In this document: positions 39,391-52,224 of the stretch, piece after piece | How the letters are laid out: the number at the start of each line of letters is the position of its first letter | How positions within the stretch are numbered: position 1 is the stretch's first letter | Origin: Octopus sinensis | Lineage: Eukaryota | Direction of reading: 5' to 3' | Assembly: GCF_006345805.1 (NCBI RefSeq) | Contig: NC_043001.1 | Location: forward strand, 12,524,001-12,588,000 | DNA: 64,000 nt | Translations under genes and position numbers: made by a program | Notes under the pieces: model-generated | What the model saw: the letters and a program-made list of their open reading frames with translations, nothing else | Databases searched by the model: none | Told to the model about the DNA's origin: nothing

Positions 39391-39512
39391 TGTATAGAGG
39401 GCATATTACACATAAATGCCTCACACTAAGAGGGACAAAGTCATTACTACCAAAATATACTAATCATACCCAAATGCAGTTTTTCAAAGCAAGACATTTA
39501 AAAAATGAATTT

Positions 39513-39571
39513 AGTTCTGTATCACCGTGATTTCACATTCAACTTTACGTCTTATGATCCTCAGCAGAACT
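39513..39571 (-). ncRNA. Type I hammerhead ribozyme motif, copy 1 of a pair
   Basis: AGTTCTG CTGAGGA [TCAT..ATGT] GAAA TCAC G GTGA TA^CAGAACT: 7-bp stem I, imperfect stem II. Confidence 0.8.
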
Positions 39572-39985
39572 GATTCTGAAACATCATAAATAAACTACCA
39601 ACCTACGTAGCGAAGACGAACAGACAACTGCTCACTCCGGCCAAGCACATGGAATGTTTATAAATCATATATCCGGTAAATGGCGGGCATTTTACGAACG
39701 CATGTCGGGTAATGAAAAGTATTTCGGAATAAGTTTACAATTAAGGATAATCTCTTAAGGGATCTTAACAAGAAATTATCGGGCAGCTAGCGTGAAAACC
39801 TCATAAAAGAAAAGAATTCGAAAATAATTTTTTTCTTTTGAACAAATTAATTATATCTATATTGTATACAGGGCATTATTACACATAAATGCCTCACACT
39901 AAGAGGGACAAAGTCATTACTACAAAATTATACTAATCATACCCAAATGCAGTTTTTCAAAGCAAGACATTTAAAAAATGAATTT

Positions 39986-40044
39986 AGTTCTGTATCACCG
40001 TGATTTCACATTCAACTTTACGTCTTATGATCCTCAGCAGAACT
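39986..40044 (-). ncRNA. Type I hammerhead ribozyme motif, copy 2 of a pair
   Basis: Identical to 39513-39571. Confidence 0.8.
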
Positions 40045-40234
40045 GATTCTGAACAGAATTAACAGAATTAACTCAATTCCATGAATTTATGTTGGCTTCC
40101 TTCCTCGTTTCGACATGTGTGAAATAATAATAGTGAAGATATTTAAAGAGTTTCGACGATTTAGCGTCTTTCTTCGACATATAAGGCAAAGAAAAGCATT
40201 TTTCTATGCTATTACTTATAATTATGTTCTTTAA

Positions 40235-40667
40235 TTTTTTTCTCTCATGTCACTGCAGCCATGCTGGAGCACCGCCGTTAGTCGAGGAAATCGAACCCAG
40301 GACTTATTGTTTGTAAGCAAAGTACTTATTCTATCACGTCTTTTTACCGAACCGCTAAGTAACGGTAACTTAAACTCACCAGCATCAGTTGTCAAAATAT
40401 GTTGGGGAGAGAAACACAGACACAAAACCATGTACACACACACACACACTTACACACACAACACATATATATATATATATATTATATATATATATTATAT
40501 ATATATGTACATATACGAAGGACATTTTTCTGTTTCCATCTACCAAATCCACACAGAAGGTTTTGGTCAGCTCGATGTTATATTGGAAGTTACTTGCCCA
40601 CGGTGCCAGGCAGTGGGACCGAATCCGGGACAGTGTTTTGTAAGCAAGCTATCTTCTACACAGCCAC
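40235..40667 (-). mobile_element. SINE family A, full length, diverged
   Basis: Tail, internal microsatellite and head are all present. Confidence 0.85.
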
Positions 40668-41100
40668 TGATATGTATTTTTTCTCCACGGTAGCTGCAAT
40701 GTGTTTGCATTTAGCAGTTAAAATATATGAAAAACATATTTCAAGTGACCTAAATTGCGATTATAATTAAACACTGCTTTGCATCATTACTTCGTTATTT
40801 ATCTCGATCGGGCGTTCTACTAGCGCAAATCAGTCAACTAAATTATATATAAAGCTACAAGCTTTGCTTAGTTCATTAAGAGCTTGCTCTCTTAGGTACA
40901 CCTCATCGACAGGAATCAAGAGTCAATAAACTCGAAGCATCGATGCCTGAGATTTCGGAGAAATAGCGACACTGAACGAACTGGGAGTTTTCAGACCTTT
41001 TTACCTCAAGAGAGATCTTTTCTCCACGGTAACTCGAGTGTATGTATCTTTAGCAGTTGAAATATATTACAAGCATATTTCAACAAACCTACATTGTGAT

Positions 41101-41139
<39 letters not shown>

Positions 41140-41203
41140 CTTTACACCCCCACCCCCACACACATATATATATATATATATATATAAGACTTTCCAAGAA
41201 GGA

Positions 41204-42563
41204 ATATACGAATTTCAAGATTCTCATACTAAAGTGTACTTACCAAAATCAAAAGTAGTAATTCTTAATTTTTAATTTATATTTCAACCAAGCACCATTT
41301 CCCCAAATTATTTCATAATTCTATAAATCTACCATTCGTTAAGTTATACAAATTTCGCATTTGATATTTCTGAGGAGCAGAAGAGTTATCAATAAATACT
41401 TATCAAGATAGGATTCCATTATTGTATATCCTCTCAGTCTATGAATTATATTTGGAATACAAGACAATATAATGGTTTTTACACATAATTTTCAGGCAGT
41501 CTTTCGAAATCAGTGACAGTAGTTACTCAAAAAACATTAAATAGATATTCGCAAACAGGTCTCTCTTCATCGAAAACCGGTGATTACCTTACGTTGACAA
41601 GAGGCAAATACCTCGAAACTGCAGTCCGTGCGTATCACTTAGGTTTAAGAGAGAGGGCTGACCTCCCTTTGCAAATATCATAAGGGCACAGAAAGTGTGC
41701 CTAAAGCCAGCTGGAGACGATGATCTCCTGGGGCTAAAAGCTACAGTAACACCCACCCTTAGTGGTTAGCCATATTGAGATGGCTAGTATACTTTACGTT
41801 GTCGAGCGCTTACTGTTTACATCTCGTTCAGAGATTTATTATTGCTTTATTATGGATTATTACCGAAGAATTACCAAGGAAGTATATACGAATTTCAAGA
41901 TTCTCATACTAAAGTGTACTTACCAAAATCAAAAGTAGTAATTCTTAATTTTTAATTTATATTTCAACCAAGCACCATTTCCCCAAATTATTTCATAATT
42001 CTATAAATCTACCATTCGTTAAGTTATACAAATTTCGCATTTGATATTTCTGAGGAGCAGAAGAGTTATCAATAAATACTTATCAAGATAGGATTCCATT
42101 ATTGTATATCCTCTCAGTCTATGAATTATATTTGGAATACAAGACAATATAATGGTTTTTACACATAATTTTCAGGCAGTCTTTCGAAATCAGTGACAGT
42201 AGTTACTCAAAAAACATTAAATAGATATTCGCAAACAGGTCTCTCTTCATCGAAAACCGGTGATTACCTTACGTTGACAAGAGGCAAATACCTCGAAACT
42301 GCAGTCCGTGCGTATCACTTAGGTTTAAGAGAGAGGGCTGACCTCCCTTTGCAAATATCATAAGGGCACAGAAAGTGTGCCTAAAGCCAGCTGGAGACGA
42401 TGATCTCCTGGGGCTAAAAGCTACAGTAACACCCACCCTTAGTGGTTAGCCATATTGAGATGGCTAGTATACTTTACGTTGTCGAGCGCTTACTGTTTAC
42501 ATCTCGTTCAGAGATTTATTATTGCTTTATTATGGATTATTACCGAAGAATTACCAAGGAAGT
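41204..42563. repeat. 680-bp tandem duplication, apparently identical, followed by a diverged partial third start
   Basis: atatacgaatttcaagattctcatac at 41204 and 41884; no difference seen by eye. Confidence 0.93.
41590..41630 (+). ncRNA. Minimal hammerhead motif with U3-A8 covariant core (duplicate at 42270-42310)
   Basis: TACG TTGACAA GAGG CAAATA CCTC GAAA CTGCAG TC^CGTG: 4-bp stems I and II, ACTGCAGT palindrome, GUC triplet. Confidence 0.75.
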
Positions 42564-42699
42564 ATATAAGGATTTAAAGATACTCATACAAAAGTCTACT
42601 TACCAAAATCAAAAGCAGCGGGCAATCGGTACTAGAACTGCAGTTGCAGCTATTAGTTTTACAATGGTTAGTTGGAGACAAACCAAAGGTTTGGGTTAA

Positions 42700-42852
42700 A
42701 TTAGGTGTTATTGTTCGTGATATTACTGTTATCCTTGCCGTCATTTCTGTTAATAATATCAGCGCCATCGTCATTATTATTATAATTATTGTTATTATTG
42801 TTATCCCCATCGCTATTATGATTAATATTGTTACTACTACTACCACTACAAC

Positions 42853-42900
<48 letters not shown>

Positions 42901-42947
42901 TAATAATGATAATAATAATAATAATAATGATAATAATGATAATAATA

Positions 42948-43012
<65 letters not shown>

Positions 43013-43445
43013 GATTGTCTTAACTGGTACATCACACGAATTGAGAAGAGCATTGTCGATGTGAGAACTATTACTACCCATGTATTTTAATTTAACTTTA
43101 TTTCTACAAAAAAAAAATTAACGAACTAGTGAGTTTAGTTTAATGGCCTACCAATGTATAGGAGTCGGGAAGACACTCGGCAAGAAATAGAAGCAAATTT
43201 GAAAGAAGAAAAACAATAATACTAATAATAATAACAGTAGTAGTAGTAGTAGTGGTATTGCTACTATTAATAGTAGCGTTTGCGGTAAGATTGTTAGTAA
43301 TAGTATTGTTTGCAGTAATAGTAATATCGTTATTGGTAGTAGTATTAATATTATTGCTAGCCCTATTAGTAGTTGTAGTATAGCTATTATTCGTTGTAAT
43401 GGTGATAATACAGTTAGTACTGTTAGTATCAGTATGCCTATTAGT
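42700..43445. repeat. (TAA)n tract and degenerate (TAG/TAA/TGT)n low-complexity DNA
   Basis: Direct reading; source of the N/I/L/T-rich ORFs. Confidence 0.95.
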
Positions 43446-43872
43446 GCTAGCATTGGTTTGAGGTGCACGCCCGTTACCCACCGAAGTGGTGATTAGATTA
43501 TGTATACTTAAGTTATTTAAATTGTTGGGGCCTGGGGTGTTGGATCTGTTGTTGCTAGTGGTAGGGATCTATGGTAGGGATGTGTGCATTTAGATATTAA
43601 CAGCTGACTTTACGTTTGTTAGATCAGGTGATAATAGATTCTATATTTGGAGTAGATGAACAGGATAATTTCAACGTGGATCTGATATTTGTGGTTACGT
43701 GAGAAACTGACATCTATCATTTGAAAGAAAGGTTGAGCAAGGTCATTGACATTTAAAGCGAATGGTGTTGTATAACACAGAATAGATCTCCCGCTGCATT
43801 TATTCGACAAATAAATTTGGGGAGTGTAATCTCTCGTGTATTTTGGAAGATAGTCGGAAGGTTTGATATTTG

Positions 43873-43945
<73 letters not shown>

Positions 43946-44000
43946 ATAAGAAATATTGAATTTCTAAATCTCTCGTAGAGACATGTACGGTGGTGGGGCG

Positions 44001-44222
44001 ATAGAATGGTTGTATACTGTCAATCTAACAAGAATGTGACAGTAGTGGGTACACCACCGCTGTATAGCCCTAGGAAGCATCGAACGCCTCCTGATAGCTT
44101 TGACACATTAAAAAATGTGTCAAAGCTATCAGGAGGCGTTCGATGCTTCCTAGGGCTATACAGTGGTGGTGTACTCCCTACTGTCACGTTCTTGTTAGAT
44201 GGACAGTATACAACCATTCTAT
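44001..44222. repeat. Near-perfect 222-bp palindrome, 4-nt loop
   Basis: About 5 mismatches in 109-bp arms; arms homologous to 25836-25935 of the HHR-bearing pLTR. Confidence 0.95.
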
Positions 44223-44246
44223 ATATATATGCATATATATATATAC

Positions 44247-44284
<38 letters not shown>

Positions 44285-44286
44285 AC

Positions 44287-44317
<31 letters not shown>

Positions 44318-45359
44318 CATATAAACCTATAGATATATATAAAAAAATAAATAAATTAATTAATTATTTAATAAAATAATATATAAATATAAAAATATAC
44401 ATACATACATACATATATATATATTTGTATATATATATAAAATTTATAAGTTTAAATTATTTAAATAATTTTTTATTTTTACTTCTATATTTTAAATTAA
44501 TTTTATGTATTGGCTTATGTTTTTCACTGTTTGATTTGCCTAATAGTGGTTTTATCTCTAATTTAATATAATATATATATATATATATAATATATATAAT
44601 ATATATATATATATATATACATATATGCATAAGAAATTAAAGCTAAATAGCTGTATTCCACCATTACAACGTATCTAGTTTAAAATATGAGAATGTGTTT
44701 CTAAGTTTATTATACTTGTTAATGGTATTAACTTAATATCTAAGTATTTCCCATGATTCAGCGCCGCAAAATTTGCACCAAAGCTTCTCATTTCAATAGA
44801 GTAATGCATAAGTCATTATGCTCCACAAAATTTACATATTTCCTTATTTTTGTCCATTGATTCACATTTTCTTCCGTAAGAGATGCAAACGTAACCACAT
44901 TACGATTATTGAAAGTATAAGAATGATTATATAACCTGCACTTAAATTTATAAGTGTAAAAAATATAGGCTAAATTTAGATTAGCTGTTACATCACATCT
45001 CTAGATATCTTTAATGAAACATGGATTATACAAAAGACAAAGAAATTTGTTTTTAAAATGACATAATTTAGGAGATATATGGACATTAGTGTTATCCAAG
45101 ACGAAGAGGATCATGGTTATTCTTAGATCCGATAAATGTACCAAAATTATCCGGGATTGCTTTAGAAACACAAGGGGTAAGATTACTGCTTTGAAGCAGT
45201 GGAAGATAAAATGGTTATCTTAATTATTGAAAGCTACATGATATGATGCTATCTGGTTTGGTTGCATCACTATCGTGTTAACGGTTTAAATTTTCACATA
45301 GCCAACTACTAACACAATTGCTACCAGTATGGTGGCTCGTGCATTTACACATAGGTAAT

Positions 45360-45778
45360 AGACCTATTTCTTTACTACCCACAAGGGACTAAACCCAGAG
45401 GGCACAAACAAGGACAGACAAACGGATTAAATCGATTATATCGACCCAGTGCGTAACTGGTACTTATTTAATCGACCCCGAAAGAATGAAAGGCAAAGTT
45501 GACCTCGGCGGGATTTGAACTCAGAACGTAAAGGCCGGCGATATACATATTTCTTTACTACCCACAAGAGGCAAAAAACAGAGGGGAAAATCAAGGACAG
45601 ACACACGGATTAAGTCGATTACATCGACCCCAGTGCGTAACTGGTACTTATTTAATCAACCCCGAAAGGGTGAAAAGCACAGTCGACCACGTCGGAATTT
45701 GAACTCAAAACGTAGCGCCAGAGGAAATCCCGCAACGTATTTCGCACGGCGTGCTAGCAATTCTGCCAGCTCGCTGCC
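45360..45778 (-). mobile_element. SINE family F in tandem units
   Basis: Repeated ...tttactacccacaag...cgacccc..tgcgtaactggtactta..cgaccccgaaag units; head at the right end. Confidence 0.85.
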
Positions 45779-46030
45779 TTACATAGGTAATAGACCTGAA
45801 AGATACAGAAGTCGGCTGACGGACAGTATTACGAATGCTGATGTTGGATACTTGAAAGCCAAATCCATCACTATCAAAGTGGATTTTATCACAGTTGTTA
45901 CTACAACGACAATGGTAATCAACACTAGGGTAACACGATTTATTTGTATTATTGCTGTGGCTAACAATACCCCGCCTCCGTCGTTATTATCATTATCATT
46001 ACAATCATTATAATTATTACTAATATTGTT

Positions 46031-46360
46031 GTAGTGGCTCAGTGGTTAGAGCGTCTAGCTTACGATCGTGAGGTTGTGAGCTCGAATCCCGGACCGGGCT
46101 GCGTGTTGTGTTCTTGAGCAAGACACTTGATTTCACGTTGCTCCAGTTCACTCAGCTGTAGAAATGAGTTGCGACGTCACAGGTGCCAAGCTGTATCGGC
46201 ATTTGCTTTTCCCTTGGACAACATCGGTGACGTGGAGAGGGGAAGCCGGTATGCATGGGCGACTGCTGGTCTTCCATAAAACAACCTTGCCCAGACTTGT
46301 GCCTTAGAGGGTAACTCTCTAGGTGCAAACCCATGGTCAGTGTCTGACCGAAGGGGGTCA
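46031..46360 (+). mobile_element. tRNA-derived CORE-like SINE
   Basis: gtggctcagtggttagagcg...gctcgaatcccgg...tgtgttcttgagcaagacactt. Confidence 0.88.
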
Positions 46361-46652
46361 CCACCATTGTTGTAGTTATATATTCGGTGTTTTCACTTTA
46401 ATATAATTTGATTTAACTGTTTAAAGTTTTGTGTTAATTCTATTTGCGTTCTATGATATGCGGCTGTACGTTAATTTAAACGCGAACTATTTTTCATTCA
46501 GGTACTGATTGCATAAGCAGACGTCTATTCCTAATAGGCAGGTACTTCAAAACATTTCCTTTTCTAAATATTTATAACTTATTTATATTCAGCAAAGTTA
46601 AGTCTCTCATAATCAAGCATCTTCAAAATTCTTCTCGTCTAGAATATATTAT

Positions 46653-47108
46653 GAGAAAGCACTCCGTCGGTTGCGACGATGAGGGTTCCGGTTGATCCCG
46701 GAATAATTAAGATAACCATTTTATCTTCCACTGCTTCAAAGCAGTAATCTTACCCCTTGTGTTTCTAAAGCAATCCCGGATAATTTTGGTACATTTATCG
46801 TGAAATTAACGTGTAAGTGGCTGAGCACTCCACAGACACGTGCACCCTTAACGTAGTTCTCAAGGAGATTCAGCGTGACACAGAGGGTGACAAGGCCGGT
46901 CCTTTGAAATACAGCTACAACAGAAACAGGAAGAAAGAGTGAGAGAAAGTTGTGGTGAAAGAGTACAGCAGGGATCACCACCATCCCCTGCCGGAGCCTC
47001 GTGGAGCTTTAGGTGTTTTCGCTCAATAAACACTCGATTCTGGGAATCGAAACCGCGATCCAACGACCGCGAGTCCGCTGCCCTAACCACTGGGCCATTG
47101 CACCTCCA
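46653..47108 (-). mobile_element. SINE family E with a 14-bp TSD and a 99-bp templated insertion
   Basis: CTAGAATATATTAT at 46639-46652 and 47109-47122; 46702-46800 is the reverse complement of 45130-45228. Confidence 0.9.
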
Positions 47109-47304
47109 CTAGAATATATTATATTACCCTCAGATATAATAATTTGGTAAACATCTTCTATACATAGGTCACATTTATCAATTCCCTATCTGGAGGTTTT
47201 GCAGTACTAATTACGTCCCAATTGGCAGAATAATTTTTATTTTTGCCTGTAGTATTCCAGATGAACTTACACTTGTTTTAATTTTTCTCATCTTTATATC
47301 TAAA

Positions 47305-48111
47305 GTAGCAGCATAGCCCGGCGTTGCCCGGGTATGTAAGAGCCCCTAGTAGGCAACGACTAATCCCAATCTAGTCCTTCCCCTCTGGGGAACGAAGGCG
47401 CATGTGTAGGTTGCAATGTCTTCTCTTCACTCCCAAATAACTATCAAACAGCTATCGATAATTCAACGCAACCAATTCCCAGAAGGACGAAATTACATTC
47501 GAGACTTTACCCCCAACACCGCCACTTCTGCTAATAGCTGCTGCAGCCGCAAGTTATTCGAATACTTTTTTGTTTACACTTTCTTTATAACTACCACCCC
47601 AAACGTTTTACCTTAAATTGTTGACGTACCCTAAGGGTCCCCGGACGCTACTTGCAAACTCTTGGTTTATTATAAACCGCTTCTGTCGTGTGCACCAAAA
47701 AAACCTTTTTCATTCGTTTGTTCAGTTTGGTCACTTTTGACTTTTTCGTTGTTGTCACTCACATTGCTGCCCGCTTTTTTGCCGTCTTTGCACATTTTTA
47801 TACATTTTGGGATACTTACCCCACGTGTTCCGAGAGTTAAAAAGGTCGAGTTGCGTCCCCTTGACAGTCTGTAGAAAATGTGTTGCATATAAAAAGCTTA
47901 AATTCTCGATCCATGTCGAATTTATCGATTTTTTTTCAGAACTGGGGGAACTTTTCAAAATTTTCGCTGCGCTAGTTTTGAATTATGATATTGGGCTATG
48001 TGTGTGTCAAGTTTCATCAGAATCGGTTGAAAGCCGTGGTCAGGGTGAGGGTACAACCTGACAGACACACAGACACACACACAGACAAACTGCCGTTTAT
48101 AAATAGAGAGA
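47305..48111 (-). mobile_element. 807-bp non-autonomous Helitron, longer relative of 27317-27699
   Basis: A|TC start, shared first about 255 bp, CCCGGGCAACGCCGGG hairpin, CTAC end. Confidence 0.85.
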
Positions 48112-48299
48112 TGAATATATACATACATACACTCACACACATACACACACATATACACACATACACAAACAGTCATTTGGAAGTAAAATGAAAGAATCCA
48201 AATAATTCTAAGTAAGTTAATGTTCTTCCTACAGGTAAGTTGAAATTTTTTATGTTTACCGCACACAAAAATATTTGCTCGTATGTGGTTTTACTATAT

Positions 48300-50478
48300 T
48301 TTATGCCTCGAATTTTATGCCTCAGATGTGGACACTATACTCCAGAACATTCTGAATTCAATATGGGCGGCATGTGCAGCATCAGTACCACGCAAGCACT
48401 AAAAACCACCCAATAGTGCAATTTGGGAGACTGCAGCAGTCCGACTTGCCAGGAAAGAACGCCGTAATGCTGAACAGGAATACAAATTGCACAAATCAGA
48501 GAGCAACAGGAAAAAGCGCAATAGGTCAGCCAACCAACTCAAGCAGGTGACAAAAAAGGCAGTGCTTGAATTTGAACAACGCATTGCAGCTAACATTGAC
48601 AGCAAAATGTTCTGGACGTATGTGCACTCAAAGCAGAGACCCCACTCTCCAATTGGTCCCCTTTGCAATCCCCACACAGACAGATTACTGGCAATCCCGA
48701 AGAATGTGCCGAAATCATTGCTGGATGCTATGCCGGCATCTTTACTGTTGAAGACCAAAATGTTCCACCTTCATCACCACTGACATCGGACTCTATATCT
48801 ACTATGCAATTTACACCAGCAATGCTACAACGCCACCTTAAGAATAAAAGCAACTATGCCTCTCCTGGTCTCGATGGTGTTACAAACCTATTTCTCAAAT
48901 GTGGTGGGGTACTTTCTTCTAAGCCACATTTCTCTATTCTTCCAATTCTGTCTTGACAATGATGTTACTCCAGAACAGTGGAAAACCGCCAGTGTTATCC
49001 CTCTGTTCAAAAAAGGCGACCGCACATCGCCTGTCAACTATCGCCCCGTTAGTCTTACTAGCTGCATCGCCAAACTGATGGAATCCTGTATCAGAGAAAC
49101 CCTCTGGGACCTCTGGAAGTCTCACAACCTCATCCAGCCGTCACAATTCGGATTTATTCCTAACTCCAGCTGCTGTAATCAACTCATCGAGTTTCTTGAG
49201 GACGTTACCCAAATCACTGATCGCGGATCCTGGGTGGATGTTGTTTGCCTGGACTTTGCTAAGGCTTTTACCTCTGTGCCACACAAAATACTTATGGTGA
49301 AGCTCTCTGCGTTGGGCGTAAGAGAAGAACTCTATAACTGGTTGTAGTTCTTCATTTTCGGCCGAAAAGAGGTTGTCACAGTTCTAGGACAGCACTCTTC
49401 GCCCTATGAGATGACATCTAGTGTACCACAGGGATCTGTTCTTGGCCCCTTTTATTTGTTGCATATGTTAATGACATAGATGCCAACTTAAAGAATTCCA
49501 CAGTGCTGAAATATGCAGATGACATCAAGCTGTTCCTCGAAATAAAGAGGTCAGATCCTGTACTCTATAGATCTCTATTGCAAGCAGACCTGGACACAAT
49601 GCAGCAGTGGATCATGGACTGGCAACTCAAGCTGGCTGTGGACAAATATACCACCATGCATTTTGGGAGGAGAAACCCAGCGTCCACCTACTCCCTCCAC
49701 AACACTAGTCTCAAAAGTCTTCATGTGAACGTGACCTGGGTGTTATCGTCGACAGTGATTTGCGTTGGACAAAACATCGCTAAAATTGTCAAGAAGGCTG
49801 AGGGTGTCTTGGCATCACTCACCAAATCCTTTGTGAGCCGTTCTCCGACTATCTATCTGTGGCTTTATATAGCTATGGTAAGACCTCACCTGGAATTTGC
49901 TTCACCGGTCTGGAACCCCTATCTTGCCCAGGATATCAATCGTCTGGAAGCCGTTCAGCGACGTGCAACCAAAAGAATACCCTCCATCAGGCATTTGCCA
50001 TATCCTGAACGCCTTACTTCCCTGGGCATAGACACGTTGAAACTCCAACGTCTGGTAGCTGACTTGGCAGACACCCATAAAATTATCAACTATCGTACAA
50101 ACAATAATTCTGAGCACCTTTTCAAACTCTACCCATCTAACACCCGTGGACATATTTACAAAGTCAGAAAACAGCACAGCTCCCATGACTTTAGGAAACA
50201 TTTTTTCATGCTGAGAGTTGCTGATGCATGGAACAAACTACCGGCATCAGTTGTTAGTTGTCGGAGTACTGCATCCTTCAAAACTTCCATGCTTTCTGAG
50301 ATTCGCCAACACTACACCTGCTTTTCTCCCCTCCATACACACGCAAGCATGTATCTGACTCATACACTGTTCGCTTTCCGGACGTTTGTACATTACTGCA
50401 TGTACTTTATACGCACTTTTGACAAGTTGTGGTGCACCTGACCACTGTATACAATAATGTCATTATTATTATTATTAT
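48300..50478 (+). mobile_element. 5'-truncated CR1-clade LINE (RT and C-terminus), frameshifted, (ATT)n tail
   Basis: NYRPVSLTSC, DFAKAFTSVPH, VPQGSVLGP, YADDIKL, RPHLEFASPVWNP, NTRGHIYK..FFMLRVADAWNKLP. Confidence 0.93.
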
Positions 50479-50579
50479 ATAGCGTTGTATATTATCGACT
50501 GTTATTTCCAGTAAATATTGGTGCATTTTGTACCACGATTCTATATCTATACTTTAACCTAATAGTGATTTGTTTTTGT

Positions 50580-50641
<62 letters not shown>

Positions 50642-50647
50642 ATATAT

Positions 50648-50898
50648 ACTCTTTTAATCTTTTATGCTTTTACTTGCTTCAGTCATTTGACTGTGGCCAT
50701 GCCGCAGCACCACCTTTAGTCGTTTAAATCGATCCCATGACTTATTCTTTTGAAGCCAAGTACTTATTCTATCGGTCACTTTTACTGAACCGCTAAGTTA
50801 CGGGGACGTAAACACACCGGCATCGGTTGCCAAGCGATGTTGGGGGCGACAAACACAGACTCACAAACATACACACACACACATACACACACACACAT

Positions 50899-50929
<31 letters not shown>

Positions 50930-51053
50930 GGCCTGCTCGCTTAGTCAGCGGGGTTGCCATTATTTGGAGGCTAAAACAATGCAAAGCGCATTGTGACGAG
51001 CGATGTGTAGCAATATCTGATAGCCTGGTTGGTTCATCATCATATATATATAT

Positions 51054-51107
<54 letters not shown>

Positions 51108-51145
51108 CGCCGGGCTTCTTTCAATTTCCGTCTACCAAATCCACT
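50648..51145 (-). mobile_element. SINE family A with a foreign SINE-tail fragment (50930-51030) inside its microsatellite
   Basis: Tail 50648-50870, partial head 51105-51145; insert homologous to 26430-26545. Confidence 0.8.
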
Positions 51146-51974
51146 GTGAAAAAATATAATCTCTAACAACTGATGCATACGACCTCTGGATTCCCTCCAT
51201 TTTCTTCTTGCCATGTAAATTAAGTGTAAAACCACTTATTACACTCGCCTAATTATTATAATATGTAGAGTAATTGTTACGCAATAACCAACATTTGTGT
51301 ATTAATTCGTATTCTACCAGAAGTATATTGGATAGATACTATCCCTCAGTTGGTTGGATTCACAACCTCTAACTTACTTTCTTATACACGTATATTTATA
51401 CGTATATTATATATATGTTTTTTCTACCTACATTTTTTATGTATTGATCACTCTATAAATTTTTATATATCTATATATTTTTGGTGTTTGATGTATTGAA
51501 TATAGTTTTAGAGAAATGCATGTACGTTGGGTCTAGGGTTGAATAAATATAAATATATATGTGTACTTGATTCGCCTAACTTCGATTCTTACTTCTACAT
51601 TATTCAAATGCCTCAGGTTTAATATCTGGAGCACTTCAAAGTGAAGTCTATGCATTCGAGAAAATATTTTCCCTTACACTCACACGCTCATACGCTCACA
51701 CACACATATATATATATATAGCGAGTGAGGGAGAGAGAGAGAACAATTTCAAATGTTTGGGAAACTCTGGCAATGTTGGTGTATTCTGTTTCAATCTACC
51801 TTTGTCAGCAAACTTTCTAAAATTTTATTTGCTTTCTGAGGAAAAAACTTTCCAGCTATTCAGTAAATATTACCATATCTTTGATAAATCGAATTTACGA
51901 GTTTCTTTTGCAACTTCAGTTAATCTCGAGATCATTAAACTCGTATCGATAGGCATAATATCAAAGTAGGTTAT

Positions 51975-52200
51975 GTTCAATGAGGAGAGTAGACGTCATA
52001 CCAATAGTAGTTGGTGCACTGAGAAGTATAGTATCAACACCCAACAACCGCCAACATGGTTGAAAAAGTTTGGTGCAAATGTCAAGGTAGAACACGTAAA
52101 AAAATCAACATTGTTTGGAAATGCAAGAATCATTCTCAGGGTTCTTGAAGCATGATCATTCTTTACTACTCTAGACTCAAGGCCCAAAGTTTTTGATGGA
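51975..52200 (+). mobile_element. R4-like REL C-terminal fragment
   Basis: VDVIPIVVGAL..WLKKFG..VEHVKKSTLFGNARIILRVLEA-stop. Confidence 0.75.
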
Positions 52201-52224
52201 TGGGGGCAGTCGTTTAGATCGCCT

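Larger units (their letters stand above)
39390..40054 (-). mobile_element. Penelope-like terminal repeat in partial tandem (473-bp period), next to (TA)n
   Basis: 39390-39581 is repeated at 39863-40054 with a few differences; homologous to 33420-33825. Confidence 0.85.

Noticed and set aside
43140-43481. Thr/Asn-rich ORF resembling a mucin
   Set aside because: Degenerate trinucleotide repeat with no splice or domain support
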